A stretch of DNA of 64,000 nt from Amoebophrya sp. A120 (lineage: Eukaryota > Protista > Dinoflagellata), in NCBI GenBank assembly GCA_905178155.1, contig CAJINV010000003.1, positions 5,671,985 through 5,735,984 of the forward strand, read 5' to 3'. Under the pieces are notes generated by a model. It had not been told where the DNA came from and made no database searches. It saw only the letters and a list, made by a program, of their open reading frames with translations. The translations under genes and the position numbers were made by a program. Shown here piece after piece: positions 12,430 to 26,543 of this stretch (its first letter is position 1; each line of letters starts with the position of its first letter).

Positions 12430-14374
12430 TTAATCACACAGACGCACAGTGACGGGTAACATTTTCGGCTTGGAGGTCGACACGCCTTGATCATCCACAA
12501 GGCGTCCAGCAGTGTCTACTGTGCCGGATGTTGCGTCAACATGTAGAAAGAGTGGCTGCACACTCCGCGGCGTGCTCCTCTCCGCGGACGCAAATGCTGG
12601 CTGCACTACCTGCTGCTGCGCCGGGGCTGCTACTAGCTACTCATCAATTGTCAAACTGTACCCATACCGCTCACGCTGCTGATATTAAACACGAAGAAAA
12701 AAGTTGAAAACAGTTGCCAGACAGCCAATGAAAACAGTTGCCCATTCGTTATCGTCTCGGTATGTCAAGTCATGCTTTATTGTGCAACAAGAAGGCAAAC
12801 ACCATGCCCGCCGTATGGGTACATTTCTCCATGCCATACCCCTGCGACTGCTGATACGCACCGGCTTGGGCAGCTAGTGGATGAGCTTGACCAGCAGCTT
12901 GTTGTTGAGCTTGTAGTTGTTGTTGAGCTTGTAGTTGTTGTTGTTCCAGTTGACGTTTAGGACTCGGTAGCGGCGGTCCTGCAGTTGGCGGCGACCCCCC
13001 GCAGCTTACGCATGACAGCTTCTTCTCCACGAAACTATCGGAACCGGAAGGAGCTGCCGCGGCGGTTCCAGGGGACAGTTCCGTTACGGGTAGGCCAGTC
13101 GTGGTTGCGCCACCATTTTCAGTCGCAGTGGCGCCGGTGCCCTCGCTGTGCTGCAGGGGTTTTTCTTCACTCATCGGCGAGGTACGCACGGAGCTGGAAC
13201 CACTTGTCACTCCGGTTTCATATGGACTGCGCAGTCATGACATTAATATCAACTGTAGCAATACAAACCTGATTATAAACTACAACTCAATCACTTCTAC
13301 ACCATATAGCATATACGAATTCAATTCGTATGTACGACAGCAAGAAAGAACAGAGCTGCAACTTTATTGTTTTAGTGCATGCAAAAGGTTTCTGCGGATG
13401 GTTTCTGCGGATTTCGCTGTCCTGCTATCGGGAGAGATGGGAATCCCGATCCCGAACAGTCGAAAACAACACAAAAAACGAGACCACGACGAGGAAAAGG
13501 GTCCCAGTCGAGAGCCGTCACATCTACGAAGTCCATATGTCCGCCGAGGTACTACTCTGCGACGGAACGATGTCCGCCCCGTGCAGCTTCCGATCACTGC
13601 CCAAGGCCGTCCCCGGCTCCTGGTGTCCCGCGTCGTTGTTCCCGGCACCTTGTACCGCATCCTCGAGAAACGTCGGATGCTTGTGGTGAGCATCCTCCTC
13701 CTCCGCGTCGTCATCGTCGTCATCGTCGTCGTGGGCCTTGCCGACGTGGTGATCATCCTCGTCGACCTCCCCCTCTCCGTCAGACTCCTCTTCCTCCCCC
13801 TCGGATTCCCCGTCTTCCTCCTCGTCTTCGTTCAGCGGCGGGCGACGCCGCTCCAGAAATCCCGGACGATTGCTCGGCTGGGAGTTTTCCTCGATCCACC
13901 GCCCAATGAACTCGAGCCACGATTCGGGTTCTGGTTCTTGCTCGGCATCTGGTTCGATCGCAACCCGCGCGTTGCCGTCCGCGGAAATGTATCACACAGA
14001 AAAAACAGCAACCTACCACTGCATCATCTTCTGTAATGCTAATCATTGATTCACGAAATTAAAAACATAACCACTCATGGCCTGGCCCACAAGCGAGGCG
14101 CACAGACCATGGAAGATTCAGATTGAGAAGGCTCGGCCTGTGGTTTAGCGTGCACGTCTCTGATTTACAGATATGGCACAACTGCTTTTTCCTCCCGGAT
14201 ACGATGTCGCGGGGGGTCTTCACTGCGAAGCACACTTGTGCAGTCCAGTTCGACAGAAGCGGCACTGCAAATGCTCCGCACAGGAGGCTTCGTTTCCCCG
14301 GAGTCGCGACTGTCATCGAGACTGTCATTGTGCGAGAGCAGCTTCTGATGGCATTGATTTTCGATGGTGGTCAC
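12430..14374 (-). CDS. Multi-exon hypothetical protein with an acidic (D/E) tract and a Q-rich region
   Basis: Minus-strand exon ~13530-13980 reads PLNEDEEEDGESEGEEEESDGEGEVDEDDHH...DDDDDDDDAEEED; exon 12770-13210 has QQQLQAQQQLQAQQQ. Ends uncertain. Confidence 0.45.
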
Positions 14375-16169
14375 GACGCTGTTCAGAAAGATGCGTATTG
14401 TGCTCTTTGCAAATTTTGGTGTGGAAACGAATGTTAGTTATCCGAATTCATCTAACCTGATCGGAATGAATCCTCTCCGGTTTTACTTTTACAACCATAC
14501 ATAGTTTAACAGAATCCTGAAGATTTTGATATTTTTGCGAGGCTGCAGCCACCCTTGCAGCAAAAAAAAAGTCTCTGTTGAAGTGTTGTTTTGGTGCATA
14601 TTAATTGGTCATTAAGTCTTTTCTACGAAGAATCAGGAAGTACAAAATTTTCAAAATCTAACGACCAGCGAGCCAGCGGAGTATCCGCGTAGGTGCAGTG
14701 GTACTTCTGAATCTAAGACCTTTTCAAAAATACAAACTCGAAAGCATTCAACGATTGACGAAGATACGACGATACGATGCACGACCGCGATCATCTCCTG
14801 TATAGATTTCATACCGGCAGAGCATCTCATTTGTAGATACGAAACGCGCGAGAGCTGATGTTCTCGATGGGCTTTCTCTTTCCTAAAGTTTTTAGCACGA
14901 GACAAGAAGCGCCTGCGGTTCATCTTCTGCGTCGACAGAAAGATCACTAAAGCACAACGATGAGCTAGACACGGGAATGGGTTTCGGCAGCTGTTCCTAT
15001 TCTTCGAAAGTTCAGGAACTACACCCCTGTTGAGGAGCACAAAGGGCACCTTGACCCGTTCAGACGCCTAAATTACTAGTCGGTAGCTTGCCACGACACT
15101 AGTTCCCGGGTACTTGTAGTCGGACACACAATTTGCACGGTGCTGATCTCCAAGTTGAGAAAAACGACCCGGTCACGAAGATTGCAGACACTTTTTGACT
15201 ACATGGATTTGCCAGTTCTAATAGATACCAGTAATTCACTGCCTAAATGCAGGCTGGGGCTGAGAATGCTCGATCGAACCGAACGAACGTATTAAGAGAC
15301 CTGGCATGCGAGCGTGGATCATAGCTGTACCAGCCTAGGCAGTACTGTCGACAGAGAGAAGCTCATCTCTGTCTCATTTCACATCATCAACTGCGTTCCT
15401 TGGCCACGGTGGGCTGGTATCGTCAATCTCTTTTTTTACAAAACCATCAGTTTATTCAATATTCCGTGGAAACCCGAGCCCGACTTTTTCAGCATATTGA
15501 AGTACAGGAATTCTGTTTCTGAGACAGGGTCGTTCTTAGAGGCTTGATACACATAAGTACAAGAGAGCAGGCAGTAGTGTGAACCACCCGCGTCATCAAT
15601 TTCATTTTTTTTTTAGGCAGAATATATCACTTTCGTACAGACGCACACTCATACGCTGTGGCCATCAGCCCAGCGAGGTAAAGTCAAACTACAATAGGCA
15701 GTGTTCTATTTAGGTTTTCCACGACCATTAGTGGCTGTCTGCATGCGACTGGTAGAAGAGTAAAATTCTCCCCTAGTTACGTAATTTTTCGAGAAATTTT
15801 TTGTACATCTATTTTCAAGGGAAGGAAAATGCCACTTCTCTTCTCGCTGCTGTCGCTATTGATTCTTCCGCTTCCAGTATCGTGTCGCCCTACTCCGAAC
15901 AGATTTCATCCCTGGGAAGAGAGGCGGTCCGCCTCTGCCTCCGTCGAAGACGCAACGCGGTCGGCGGGTGCGGTCGACGGTGCCGGTTTCCACGGACGAA
16001 AGTATTACAGTGAAAAGTGCCCCACGACCAGAAGACTGAACAGCCTGCGTTGCCAACTTTCCATACGGAAAAATTTTGCATTGCAAGAAGGCGACGCATT
16101 TTGTTTCAGAATCCAAGCCAGCTAAAGAAGTTTCAACATGACAGGCATCGCTTCTACTGTGGCGCTGCG

Positions 16170-18449
16170 CTATACAGGCTTTTTTGAAAATTTGCAATGC
16201 TGATACACGCAGAGTGGCAAATATTTCCATCGGGAGCTTTCCAATGCAAACACTTCCACATTCTGGGGTCGTGGGGGAGATTTTCGATACGATAGAAACA
16301 GAGGCTCGACTTGGAAGACGAGCGCTTGGCGTTCCTCGGTGTGCTATCGACTGCAAATATGTCTGGGTCTGGAAAGATTTTGAAGCTATCGACTGCAAAT
16401 TTTTGAGCTACTATATGGCTCGTATTCCGCATGGCAAACTGCGTTTCTGCATGACAGGTAAGAGGACCTTTCTTAGTGCTCATCCATCACAGATTCTCGA
16501 GTCATGTCAGACATGCATGACAAATGTAGCAAGCCTCGTCCAGACCCAGACATATCTGCACTCGATAAGTGCAGAGCACCTGATGCGTGAAATGTCCCGA
16601 CTGGAAATCTGTCAGCGTGAAGGTCTCGGTAGTTGGTTGCGCGGTCTTGCTCCAGCTCCTTCATTTTTTCGCTGTGAGTGCCTTCCTCAGCGTCGCGGTG
16701 CTGGACATGCTTCTTCATTTGGTCGATCGCGTCTTGGCGGGACGGCCGCAGGTAGATCGGTCGCCACATGCGGTGTCGCGCGCTCATCGACTCGCAGGCG
16801 AGTGTGCCCTGGAAGCAACTGAAGCACAGCGCGGCGATCGCCACTGCGAACGCCAGGTGCCCGATGGGGCTCGCGCCGATAATCTGCTTCCCCAGGTAAA
16901 CCCACACCTGCACGATCGGCTGAAACACCGTCTGCGGGTTGAGGAGGAAGACCACCGCGTGCAGCAGGAATTCGACGCTCTTCTTCACGTAGATCACCAG
17001 GTAGGCCAAGCCGGTGTAAAACGCTGTCTGCACCTTCAACGCCACGTCGTGCACGTCCATCACGTCGTTCAACACGGAGCCCTCCAGCATCTGTTCGGCA
17101 CTGTTTTTTTGCGCCGCGGCCGCCGCGTCGCTCGCGGCACGTTCCGCGGCCTCGGCCTCTTCGATCTGCTTTGCGGTTCCGAGAAAGAAGGCCTCCATGC
17201 TGCCCTCGGCAAGTTCCTCGGATGGAAAGTATAGTGCTGACAAAAATCATTGTGGTCCCCGGCTGTGAACAAAGCCCAGCATACGATATTCATATTGCAT
17301 CAGAATCCGCAGTGACGTCTAGTCACTCCTTTCTTGACAGTGCTCTTCACGAGACACACAAGACAGAGCAGAGCACGGCCGTTTTTTCTAACGCTGTTTC
17401 ACTGAACGATTTTCCAATCTCTAACGGGTTCTAGTGTACTTTGCAAAACAGGTTGATGTCACGAAAGACCCAGACGAAAGACAAGGCGAGACCAAGACCC
17501 AAAGAAATAGACACGAAGACAATGAGAAACAAACTTTGGCATGACCAATCGCTTCGTATTAGACCGGGATGATGTGGCAAATTTCCGTCTACATACTCCA
17601 TTCACACCAGACGCTTCATTGCTCGTCGAGTCGGCACTACCAACCGCGACGGAGGAGGGTGTCGCAACGGCGTTCTCCGGACCGCCTGTCGCTCCTTCTG
17701 GCACTGAATCTGTGTTTGGTGAACAAGTTGTGTCAGAGTTAGTTTATTCTTCGTGGGCCGAAACTAGAAAGAGAAACCAAAGACTTGGAGGTATTGAGGT
17801 TGTCATGCAAGTACACAAACGGAACGAACCAGCATCAGGAACCAACGCTTGCTTCCGGGAAAGGAAAACTTTAGTAAAGTTTTCCTTTCCCGACGGCAAG
17901 AGAACACTTACCTTCAGAATCATCCAGTGTGGCGGGCCCCCGCATGAAGGTGCCTTGCATTATCTGCTTCGCGCTCGGAGCAAGTTATCATCATGAAAAG
18001 TGACCCAAACTCCCTATGAAATACCGCAACTACTTGATTGTACATACTTATTCCCGTGTTCTTGCAATCTTGTCCGACCACCGTGACACGTCTTTTTACC
18101 GCAGCATGCAAATAGGCCGGAACACTCGTGGCAGCGCCCACGGAAACTAAAAGCTTCACGTTCCTCCTTCTCTGACGGTTCACAACACGCAGGGCGCAGC
18201 ACTGTCCCTTTCTCATTCTCTGTCAGGGCCCCTTCACTATAATGGTGCATAGCGCTTACAAAGTATACATGACAAGGTCCGGGACAAACGGGCCTCGGCT
18301 CCATAGGTTGTCTGGAACAAATCTCCATCGAATACGAGCAGATCCTCATCCCGCTGGGCACGAAGGCGGCGCTCTCCGGTTCTCAAAGCTCGAGAAGACG
18401 TCGCTATGAAGACCCACGTCAACCTGAGCCACCAGAAACTGCAACTCAT
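16170..18449 (-). CDS. Multi-exon hypothetical membrane protein
   Basis: Large exon 16568-17243 with hydrophobic segments (AFYTGLAYLVIYV; HLAFAVAIAALCF); possible signal-peptide exon at 18449. The frame continues across the element at 16345-16567. Confidence 0.5.
16345..16567. mobile_element. Introner-like TIR element, family A
   Basis: TATCGACTGCAAATATGTCTGGGTCTGGA ... TCCAGACCCAGACATATCTGCACTCGATA; flanks TGTGC/AGTGC. Confidence 0.88.
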
Positions 18450-19517
18450 CTCGAAGTTATATTTCCTACGGTTTACGATTAAATTTTTTCAACAACTACG
18501 CCCATGGAGCAACGACGGTTCTGTTTCACCAGTATTACTGTTCTCGGACCAGAAGGTTTATACCGACGGTTAAAAGCTTGATCGCAGGTTTCTCAGCAAA
18601 CATTCGCTGATCAAGTCTATTAACGCGTCCTAACGACACAACTTCAAGATGCATACTGGTACCGGCATTCCTACCGCTAATTTTAGTACTACCACTAGTT
18701 ACAAGTGATGCAGCGCCGACCAAAAATGATGCGCCCAATGTGTACGAGACGACTTCGATTAAATACAACGATTTGACGCACAGGAACCACCTTCGATTTT
18801 TCCACGAATCAAGAAGCCGATCACAGGCCCACGACGACACGAACGGAACAAGTTCAAGTGTTCGACTTACTTGTGCCTTTCGAAATATCAAACTTCTTTA
18901 CGACTTTGCGAGCATCCTAGGCGACGAAACGACAAACTCACTCCGTGTCCGATGCCGTATACTCGTCTATCATTTCAACACTGCGACTAGTACGCGAACA
19001 AGGCAGCGCAACGCCCATTAAGCCCGCAAATATACTTACCTCTGTATTCGTCACCTTCAAGCCCACACATAAACGAATAAAAGGATCAGCATTTCATCCT
19101 GTCTACAGTTCCGTCATTAATTTTTGTTCGCCTGACTATCCTTTTTCAGAAGCCAAGCATAACTGTCGCCGAAGATCACGAGCGGCCGTTCTAGAGCCAG
19201 TACAGGAAGCTCGTCAAACAAATCGCCGCGAAGTGTCAGTAAGCGCCAAACCACGTGCCGGGTGCAGAACGATTCAAACCGCTAATCACCACATCTGTTG
19301 GGCGTGAAGGGCGGTGCTCAGCAATCCAGCAGGCCGCAAACAAGGTGTCGATCGGTCACGTATTGTCCCTATACAATTGAAAACACTACCTCCCGCCCAC
19401 TTCCACTGAGTGGCGATAAATCGAACTTAACTAATTTTGGGTGCGGAGCCTGACCGAACAATCTTTACCATCAGCTGGCATGGCTAGGACTACGCCACAA
19501 TTAGTATATCTTGTCGC

Positions 19518-22500
19518 TCACTCGGGATAGGAGCGCGAAGCAATATTTTCATTTTTGTAATGCTCGGCGGATGACAATGTCGTTGTGTGGCGGAAGGGCT
19601 GGAAGAGGTGGCCGTCGGCTCGGTAAAATTTTGATTGAAATTCGACCCAGTGCAGCCGAAGGGTGTGCAGGAAGCATTCGAGTGAGTCCATTGCCATCAG
19701 GACGGCACAAGTGACTGCAAACCACACAGCGAAGATATCAGAACGAAGACCGTCTCGCCTCAGAGAGTTCAAATGATAAACTGTATTCTGTTCGACGCTA
19801 TCGCCTTAGAGTTCCCTTTCTCGACCTCTCAGTCTCATGATCGCCTGCTCAGAGAGTTCATTGAAAATGCAAAAGTGTCAGTTAAGATTTTTTTGCCCCA
19901 AACGCGCACGACTGGCTCCTGTGTCTCTTATTTCATTCTCTGGGACGGTTTACTCTACTTCGATCCGGATGATAGAAGGCCACGAAAATGCTTATGCTCC
20001 GACCGACCCAGTTTCCGGCAAAGCTGGCCATGGCTACCTGCAGTGTGTACTGCAGAAAAACCTCGCTTAGCTGCGCGTGCGCGAGCGACAGGGCCCACTG
20101 CCGCAGGTATGACGCCGTGTGTGACACCGTGCCGAGCACAAACTCGATGGTCTCGATCACCTGGTGAATGATCACCTCGCCAGCGTCGAAATGAGGCTGA
20201 GCAAGCTCCTCGCTCGCCAAAGCAAGCTCCTCCTCGTCCCGGTTGGCTGCCAGGCGCCTGCATCAAAAATATTCAAGAAACAGTGCACATGAATGTCTCT
20301 GGGGACCAAGAAACCGAAATCGCAAACAAACTAAGACGATGAATGTCGGTCGGAAAACTTGCACAAGCGTAAGACTCAGCTTCGCGTTTATCACACCAAT
20401 TTACTACAACATGCGTGCTGTAGTGTGATTGCGCAAGAAGACAGAGAAAACAAAGATCGGAAGTACACTGCGACTGGGACTGCAGACGTTGACGTTGTTG
20501 CATTATTACCGCGGATACAGCCTACTTACACTTTTTGCTAAAAATGTGGCGATAGAAAACTGTGCTCTATACTCTATTCTGTGCTTCTCCCGCTTGTGTC
20601 GCAAGTAGAGCAGCGTTGGCTTGGGCACAAGAAGCACTGGCACGCAGAGAAGACAAGTCAGCATCAAATATCCTTCGTGCGCGAAAAAAACTCCGCGATT
20701 GTCATTGCCGAAGGCCAAGTTGATGAGGCAGTTGATGATCGACGGTTGCTCCGGCATAGTATGTACCCACTTCTGCAAAATCATGTAGTCCATATACCTG
20801 AAGAGAGTACAAAGACCAGTTTCGGTTCCGCGAATTATAAAAAACGCACAAACAAAATCATCCAGAAATCCATCCACGCGAAAACACGAAAAAAATGAAA
20901 AAACTCTGTACTTACCCGAAAAAGCATACTAGAAAAGTCATCATGGGCAGGCATTCAAAGAGAAAGTCAAGCGCGCTCCGGTCGTGCAGGGCGTTCGCCC
21001 AACGGAGCAGCACGCCGACGGCCATCTGCGATACACCAAATAGCACCGACAACTTCATTTTCAACGAGTGTAGTATGCAGAGAAAGATTCCGCCACGGGC
21101 CACATGGGGCTGACACTCTGGTGAAGTTGGTACTCGTTTCACCACTGCAAACTTGCATGTTGGTCCGACAGCAACATCGCAACATCACACTGCCCAGAAA
21201 TCAGACACTAGTAGCCCAAGCGATTTATTACTGCTGGCCAGTGTTCCGGACATGATTTGGCAGGGCTTCACCGCGTCCTCGGTAGCGAAAACTCTGAACT
21301 TTGGCGCTTTCATTTGCATAGTGAGAAACAGGAGTTTATTCTGCGCCACCGTCCAGGCTGGGTCGATCCCGAAAGGATAGGGGCCCGCGTAGGCGAAAGG
21401 TTTTGTTTGCGACGGGGCCGCCCCGTTCCACACATCGTAGCGTGGCACCATCGGCTCCGGCACCCGACTGCGAAGGGCACCGCGCTGCTCTTCGGGGAGC
21501 GTGTCCTTCTTTCGAAAATCCATCTTGACCGTGGTCCTGTCAGCGCTGTCTTTTGGCGCAGCCTTGCTCTCCTGTTGATCTCTTTCATTCTCCTGCCCTA
21601 CGCCGGTGCTGCGATTCTCCCCGTCCTGTTCGTGTTTTTCATCGTCCGGAAAGCCACCAGGAAATTCTGCCTCATCTACAGTTGCTGACTCGGCCATTAC
21701 TTGTTCACGTGGCAGCTTGTCCTCCGGTGACTGCTCCACTTCCGTCGTATCATGATCATTCCTCAACGGTCTTGTCTCTGCGCGCCGGTGATTGTGCCGC
21801 GGTGTCTCGTCGTCGCCGGCGGTTTTCTCACGGCTACGCATCGGAGGCGGGTGCCACTCGATGCGGACCGGGATACTACCCCCTTTGTGCTCCTTCTGCT
21901 TCACCTGGAGCAACATCGGCGGGTCAGCGTCTCGGTCATCCGCCATCGCGAGCTCGTCTTCGCTCAGAGCCTGTTTTCCGAATTCGCGCAAGTCCGCGGT
22001 TGCTTCAACCAGGGGTAGTGTCCCGTCGTTTTTCTGGTCCCAAGCGCTGCTAGGCCCGACCCGCAGCGGCTGCAGGTCGTGCGACCGCGGCAGCAGTGGT
22101 GCTGTCACGTCCTCTCGCTCGAGCGCAATGTTTCCCGGGGAAAACGTAGACCGTTTCTGCGGAAGAAGCTGCTGCATCACCGGCGCGCCGCTCCTGCTCC
22201 CGCCAAGCTCGTCGACCCGGCCGCTGCTCAAAGCGGCGGTCTTTCCGGAAGATGCAGATTGGCGAGGGCCCGCACTCATCGCAGGCTGCTCCCACCGGGA
22301 GCCGAACACGTTGGTCCCGACACCAAAAAAATCGTTGTACATCCACCCCGCGTAGAACGCGAAGACACCCATCAACAGGATCATGTAGCGGACCCGCAGC
22401 ACGGATTTCGGAAGGTTCAGCCCGCCGGCCCGATCCGCGTACACCAAGTACAGCCCGACCAGCAAGAGCAGCCCCCCATGTCCCACATCGCCGAACATCA

Positions 22501-25457
22501 CGCCAAACAGAAACGGAAACGTCACCACGCTAAACAGCACGGGGGAAACTTCCTGGTACCGCGGGATGCCGTAGGTGAACACGAGCTCCTGGAAAGGCCC
22601 GGTCAACTCGTTACTGCGAAAAAACGTGGGCGGCACCGGCAGGGGATCTAAACGAGGTGGACCACTTCCATATTTTCTACATCAATCTGCGGGCCGGTTT
22701 TTTTACAAGTAAGTTCTATGCTCGTCGGCTGCTCTAAAAAGAAATCTTAATATGCAGAGCTTGATTCACAAACTTTTACACTGCGCTGGTCGGTGGAAAG
22801 TAGTTCATTGAAAATAAACTGTGCACGAATAACCGTGAAGATACCAGGCGGGCGCAGCTCTGCTGTGGGCCCGTGGTGGTACTTTTCGTCGATCCAGTCG
22901 TTGACCAAGCGGTCGGACACCAGCATCGAGGAAACTTGGGAGGAGCTCGCCCTAAGCAGCAGCTGCCGGATGCGGTCCTCTTCCGCCACCGGATACCACA
23001 CGTCGCACCGCAGCAAGGCGCCCTCCCCCTGGAAGAAGTTCAGTGTGGCGTAGATCGCCTTCTCCTTCTGCAGAAACATCGCGTAGTCATCCAGCAGCGG
23101 GTTGTGCGACACCGGCTGGATGGCCTTCAGCCGCCGCACATCTTCGGCCAAAAACGTGGCGCCCGCCGCCCGCGCGGACGTGCGCTCGCGGATGTCGTCC
23201 CGCAGCGCCCGGAGGCGAGCGGGCGCGCGCTCCTCCTCCACGACATCGTACAGGTGGGCCCCGAATTGCTGGCACAGCCGCAGCATTTTCTCGCGCATGT
23301 AGCTGCCGCTGTGTCCTCGGGTATTGGCATTTTGATTTTGCGTGGACGGCCCCTGATCCTGGAAGTACAGTATGAACACCGTTCGCCGAGCCTCCTGCAT
23401 CCGCCCCGGCTTTTTCGGGTCTTCCAAGGGCGTTGGCAGGTCCTGAGTTGTACGAAGATCGAAGGCGCGGATAGTCGCCAAGTAGCATTTTTCTGCTACT
23501 TTCTTTATAGCCTTTGACTTTGAAACAGAAAGGAAAATCAAATGCCAGGAGCGCCTTGTAGTTTTCATACATGCGACTCTCCGAATAGAAACAAAGGATC
23601 TGCAATGCATGGCACCTACCTGAAACTGCGAGAAGGCGTTTCCGAGGGTGGCACGAAACAGGAACCGCTGAAATCGCTGGCGATCCAATTCGGATATGGT
23701 TCCAGTCACGCGCGTATCACAGGAAAATGTTTCAGGGAGAGGCGACGAGGAGTAGAGTAGCTGCGGGTGTGTTGCCGAACATGTCTGCAAAACATCCAGA
23801 GGAGCGAGCCAAAAAAATCTACGTCTACCGGGTCAGAGAAACCGCCATGCAAATTACCAGGACCCGCTCCTCTGCCGCCTGATACAAAACCGAATACATA
23901 CAACGGTCATCAATTTCCGTTACGAAGACAACAGGCAAAATTTCCGTCACTTGAACCATGCATGACCACACTATTTCATTTTTATCATTGACACCGCCCT
24001 TACCGCTGTGCATACCGCGTAAGAACGACCGGCCGGCCAACAACCACCACTTGTGGCAGCTCTGTTTCTATCAGAGTAAAACCTCGAAATACACCAACTT
24101 CAAACAAACCAACCTGCTTGCGAGACAGAATGTTTCGTACGACAGAATCTGTCACCGGGCCGAAGAAGTGCAGATATGATGCTAAGGTCAGATTTTCAAG
24201 GCAAGCATAAAGTTCAAGTTCCACTCCTGGGCCCTTACAAGGACGTCATCTTCCTGAGGAGGTTTAGGAGGTTGTATTTTCATTTTGTACTTCCGGTTCC
24301 GTCTCGGCTCCCCGCCGCGGACTCGGTCCTGCGCTCGCTGACCGGACTGCCGAGACCCTGCAGGTCCTCCAGGCCATAGCATCCTCCAGAAAATCACTAA
24401 TGCAAGTACAGACAAATCTGTCATCGGCCAGGGCTGGCAAACAAATAGTACATTACAAGAAAATAACGCGTTTTGAATCTAAGAAGTGCCGTACTGTCAA
24501 AGACTACCTAGCTCTTTTGTAGAGGATACGTACACCGTCTGTAGCACGTGTATTTCCTCGACCGCGGCATTCTTCGCCTGGACGAATCCGCTGTTAGTCG
24601 ACTGGAAACTAACAAAGTCTGCGTAAATACCGCGCAGGGCGGCCTCAACTTTGTCCAGCGTGTACCCGTCCACTGCCTCCGACTCGTTGTTCGCCAGTCC
24701 TGCGCTGCGTTCCCCTCGACCCGAACCAGAGCGAACGATGGACGACGAGCTGGCCTCGCGGCGGAGAAAGCTTTCGACGCCACCTGGCGGTCGCATGGCG
24801 GGGTCGGCACCACCGTCCCGCGCGAGCAGGGGTCCTTCTAGCTCGCTGGGCGAGCTGGGGACAATCAGCATGCCGGTCGACGTGGGGCCGTTATCAAATT
24901 TAAAAATTAAAATCCCCCCGCCGCATGCTCGAAAGGGAAATAAATTCGTTGCGCAGCTGATTTATGTACACAGATCTAGTATCTGCATCTTACACGACAG
25001 GAAGAACGCAGGCCTGTTTAAAAATTATGCAACCGTCTAGCAGCTGAGCATGGCTGCATCGTCTGCCGTCACCTAAGACGCACCACCGACTGCCTACAGA
25101 ATGTGCCTTGAAGTTCGTGGTGTTACAGTTCGTATATACAACTGCAGCATCAGAAATTCCCGTTTGCCAACTATCGGCGGGGGGGCGAGGATGGTATTTT
25201 TCCTCAGGATAGCTCTCCACATCGCCCGTGAACATCGAAGCGAGCTCCTCCCGCAGAAACCGGACTATGCGCTCCAGCTCCTCAATGCGCTGGGTGTACC
25301 TCTTGTACGGGCGGGCGGAAGGCAGCACGTGCCCCGCCTGCTCGTCGCGAAACTGCAGGTTGACTTCGTACCCGATTGCGTCCACCATCTGCCGGGCACC
25401 CTCCACCGGTAGTACAAGCGTGCCCGCACGCATGGGCTCGCTGCGCAAAACCCCCAT
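19518..25457 (-). CDS. ATP6V0A/VPH1: V-type H+-ATPase V0 subunit a, paralog 1 (multi-exon, with long luminal-loop insertion)
   Basis: MGVLRSEPM start; [31 protein letters not shown]; [16 protein letters not shown]; PYPFGIDP; [11 protein letters not shown]; [31 protein letters not shown]; [19 protein letters not shown]. Confidence 0.97.
19736..19974. mobile_element. Introner-like element (distinct family) in V-ATPase a paralog 1
   Basis: TATCA...TGATA termini with degenerate IR (ACCGTC..CAGAGA / TCTCTGGGACGGT); flanks GAAGA/GAAGG. Removal gives [13 protein letters not shown]. Confidence 0.75.
21074..21320. mobile_element. Introner-like element (distinct family) in V-ATPase a paralog 1
   Basis: Left TATGCAGAGAAAGATTCCGCCA vs reverse complement of right end TATGCAAATGAAAGCGCCA; direct repeat eroded. 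Removal restores QNKLLFL(T/H)SLKMKLSV. Confidence 0.75.
23715..24014. mobile_element. Degenerate introner-like element in V-ATPase a paralog 1
   Basis: TATCACAG ... CTGTGCATA termini; flanks GCGCG/CCGCG. Removal gives [18 protein letters not shown]. Confidence 0.65.
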
Positions 25458-26543
25458 AGCGGAGATGTTTGCCTACCGGTGTAGAAAGGGGACCTCCGCT
25501 CACCACAAAATCAGATGCGCACTAGTAATGCGAAGACCTGCGGCAGCACGGATGAGATGTTCTTGCGCGGTCAAGTCACAGTGCACTGGCGTCCACGGAC
25601 CTCATCATGGATAGGCATTTCATCCTTTTTTTCCGCAACTCGATTTGAATTTGTTCCATTGGTGAATCATGCGGCGGGAAAATAAGATGCTGCTTAAACA
25701 ATATGACCAACCCGCTCATGCATCCTTCGTTGTTTGCAGATTTTCACTTCTGCCTGATAAGGACAGCGGCCTGGATCCAGTGCTACAATTTGCGAGTCAC
25801 TCCTGAAGTCATAGCTGCTACTTACCCGCCCATATCAACACTCCATCGACACTCGTAAAAACAAGTTTTACATTCCAAGTGGAAACCAAACAATCCACTT
25901 CAGAAATAACCCGCAGAACAAGCGAGCAGCAGAATGGGCATCTCATGGTCATGCAGCTGCCTCAAGTAGCAGCGCTGTCTTTCCGTTTGGGTAGTTACCA
26001 CGACTGTCCGAGGCGCTTTCGCGCCTTGCGCGTTAAACTGCAGGGACGCAAAAAGAAAAAGCTCGGCGGTGCATTTTTGTTTTTCATTCACCCCGGCGAT
26101 TCATAGGGGAGGCACCACATCTGTAGTGTACTAGAATACAAAAACCAAATAGCGTGACGAGTCGGAGCGCGCCGGCGCTATAGCTCTAGCTCATCGACGT
26201 AGCGAGAGCGACCATGGCACAGACCCGCAAGGCCGGATGTTAGCGGTCCATCGCGCCAGCGGTGCGATTAAAACATATTCTGTTGACAATGTACTAATTT
26301 CTCACGGTAGTGTTGTTTCTCCGCTCCCTCGACAGAGGGAGGCAACAAAGCACTGCATCTAAATTGCAAGTATCTTATTCTTATCGGTGATGAAGATGAT
26401 CAATCTCGATGATGATCTGGCTCTGGGTCAGAGTAAAAACGAAATCAATACAACACGGGGGAGAAGTAGAGAGGAGGGTACAACTACTTACAATGGGGGA
26501 GCATAATTTTAGCACTTTGCGCCCTCGATACACGTACTTCATC

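Noticed and set aside
13101-14036. 311-aa plus-strand ORF and similar long plus-strand ORFs over genes (e.g. 22873-23517, 32793-33588, 37184-37729)
   Set aside because: Antisense shadows of GC-rich minus-strand exons; the hydrophobic or Cys-rich runs mirror D/E or Q codons.
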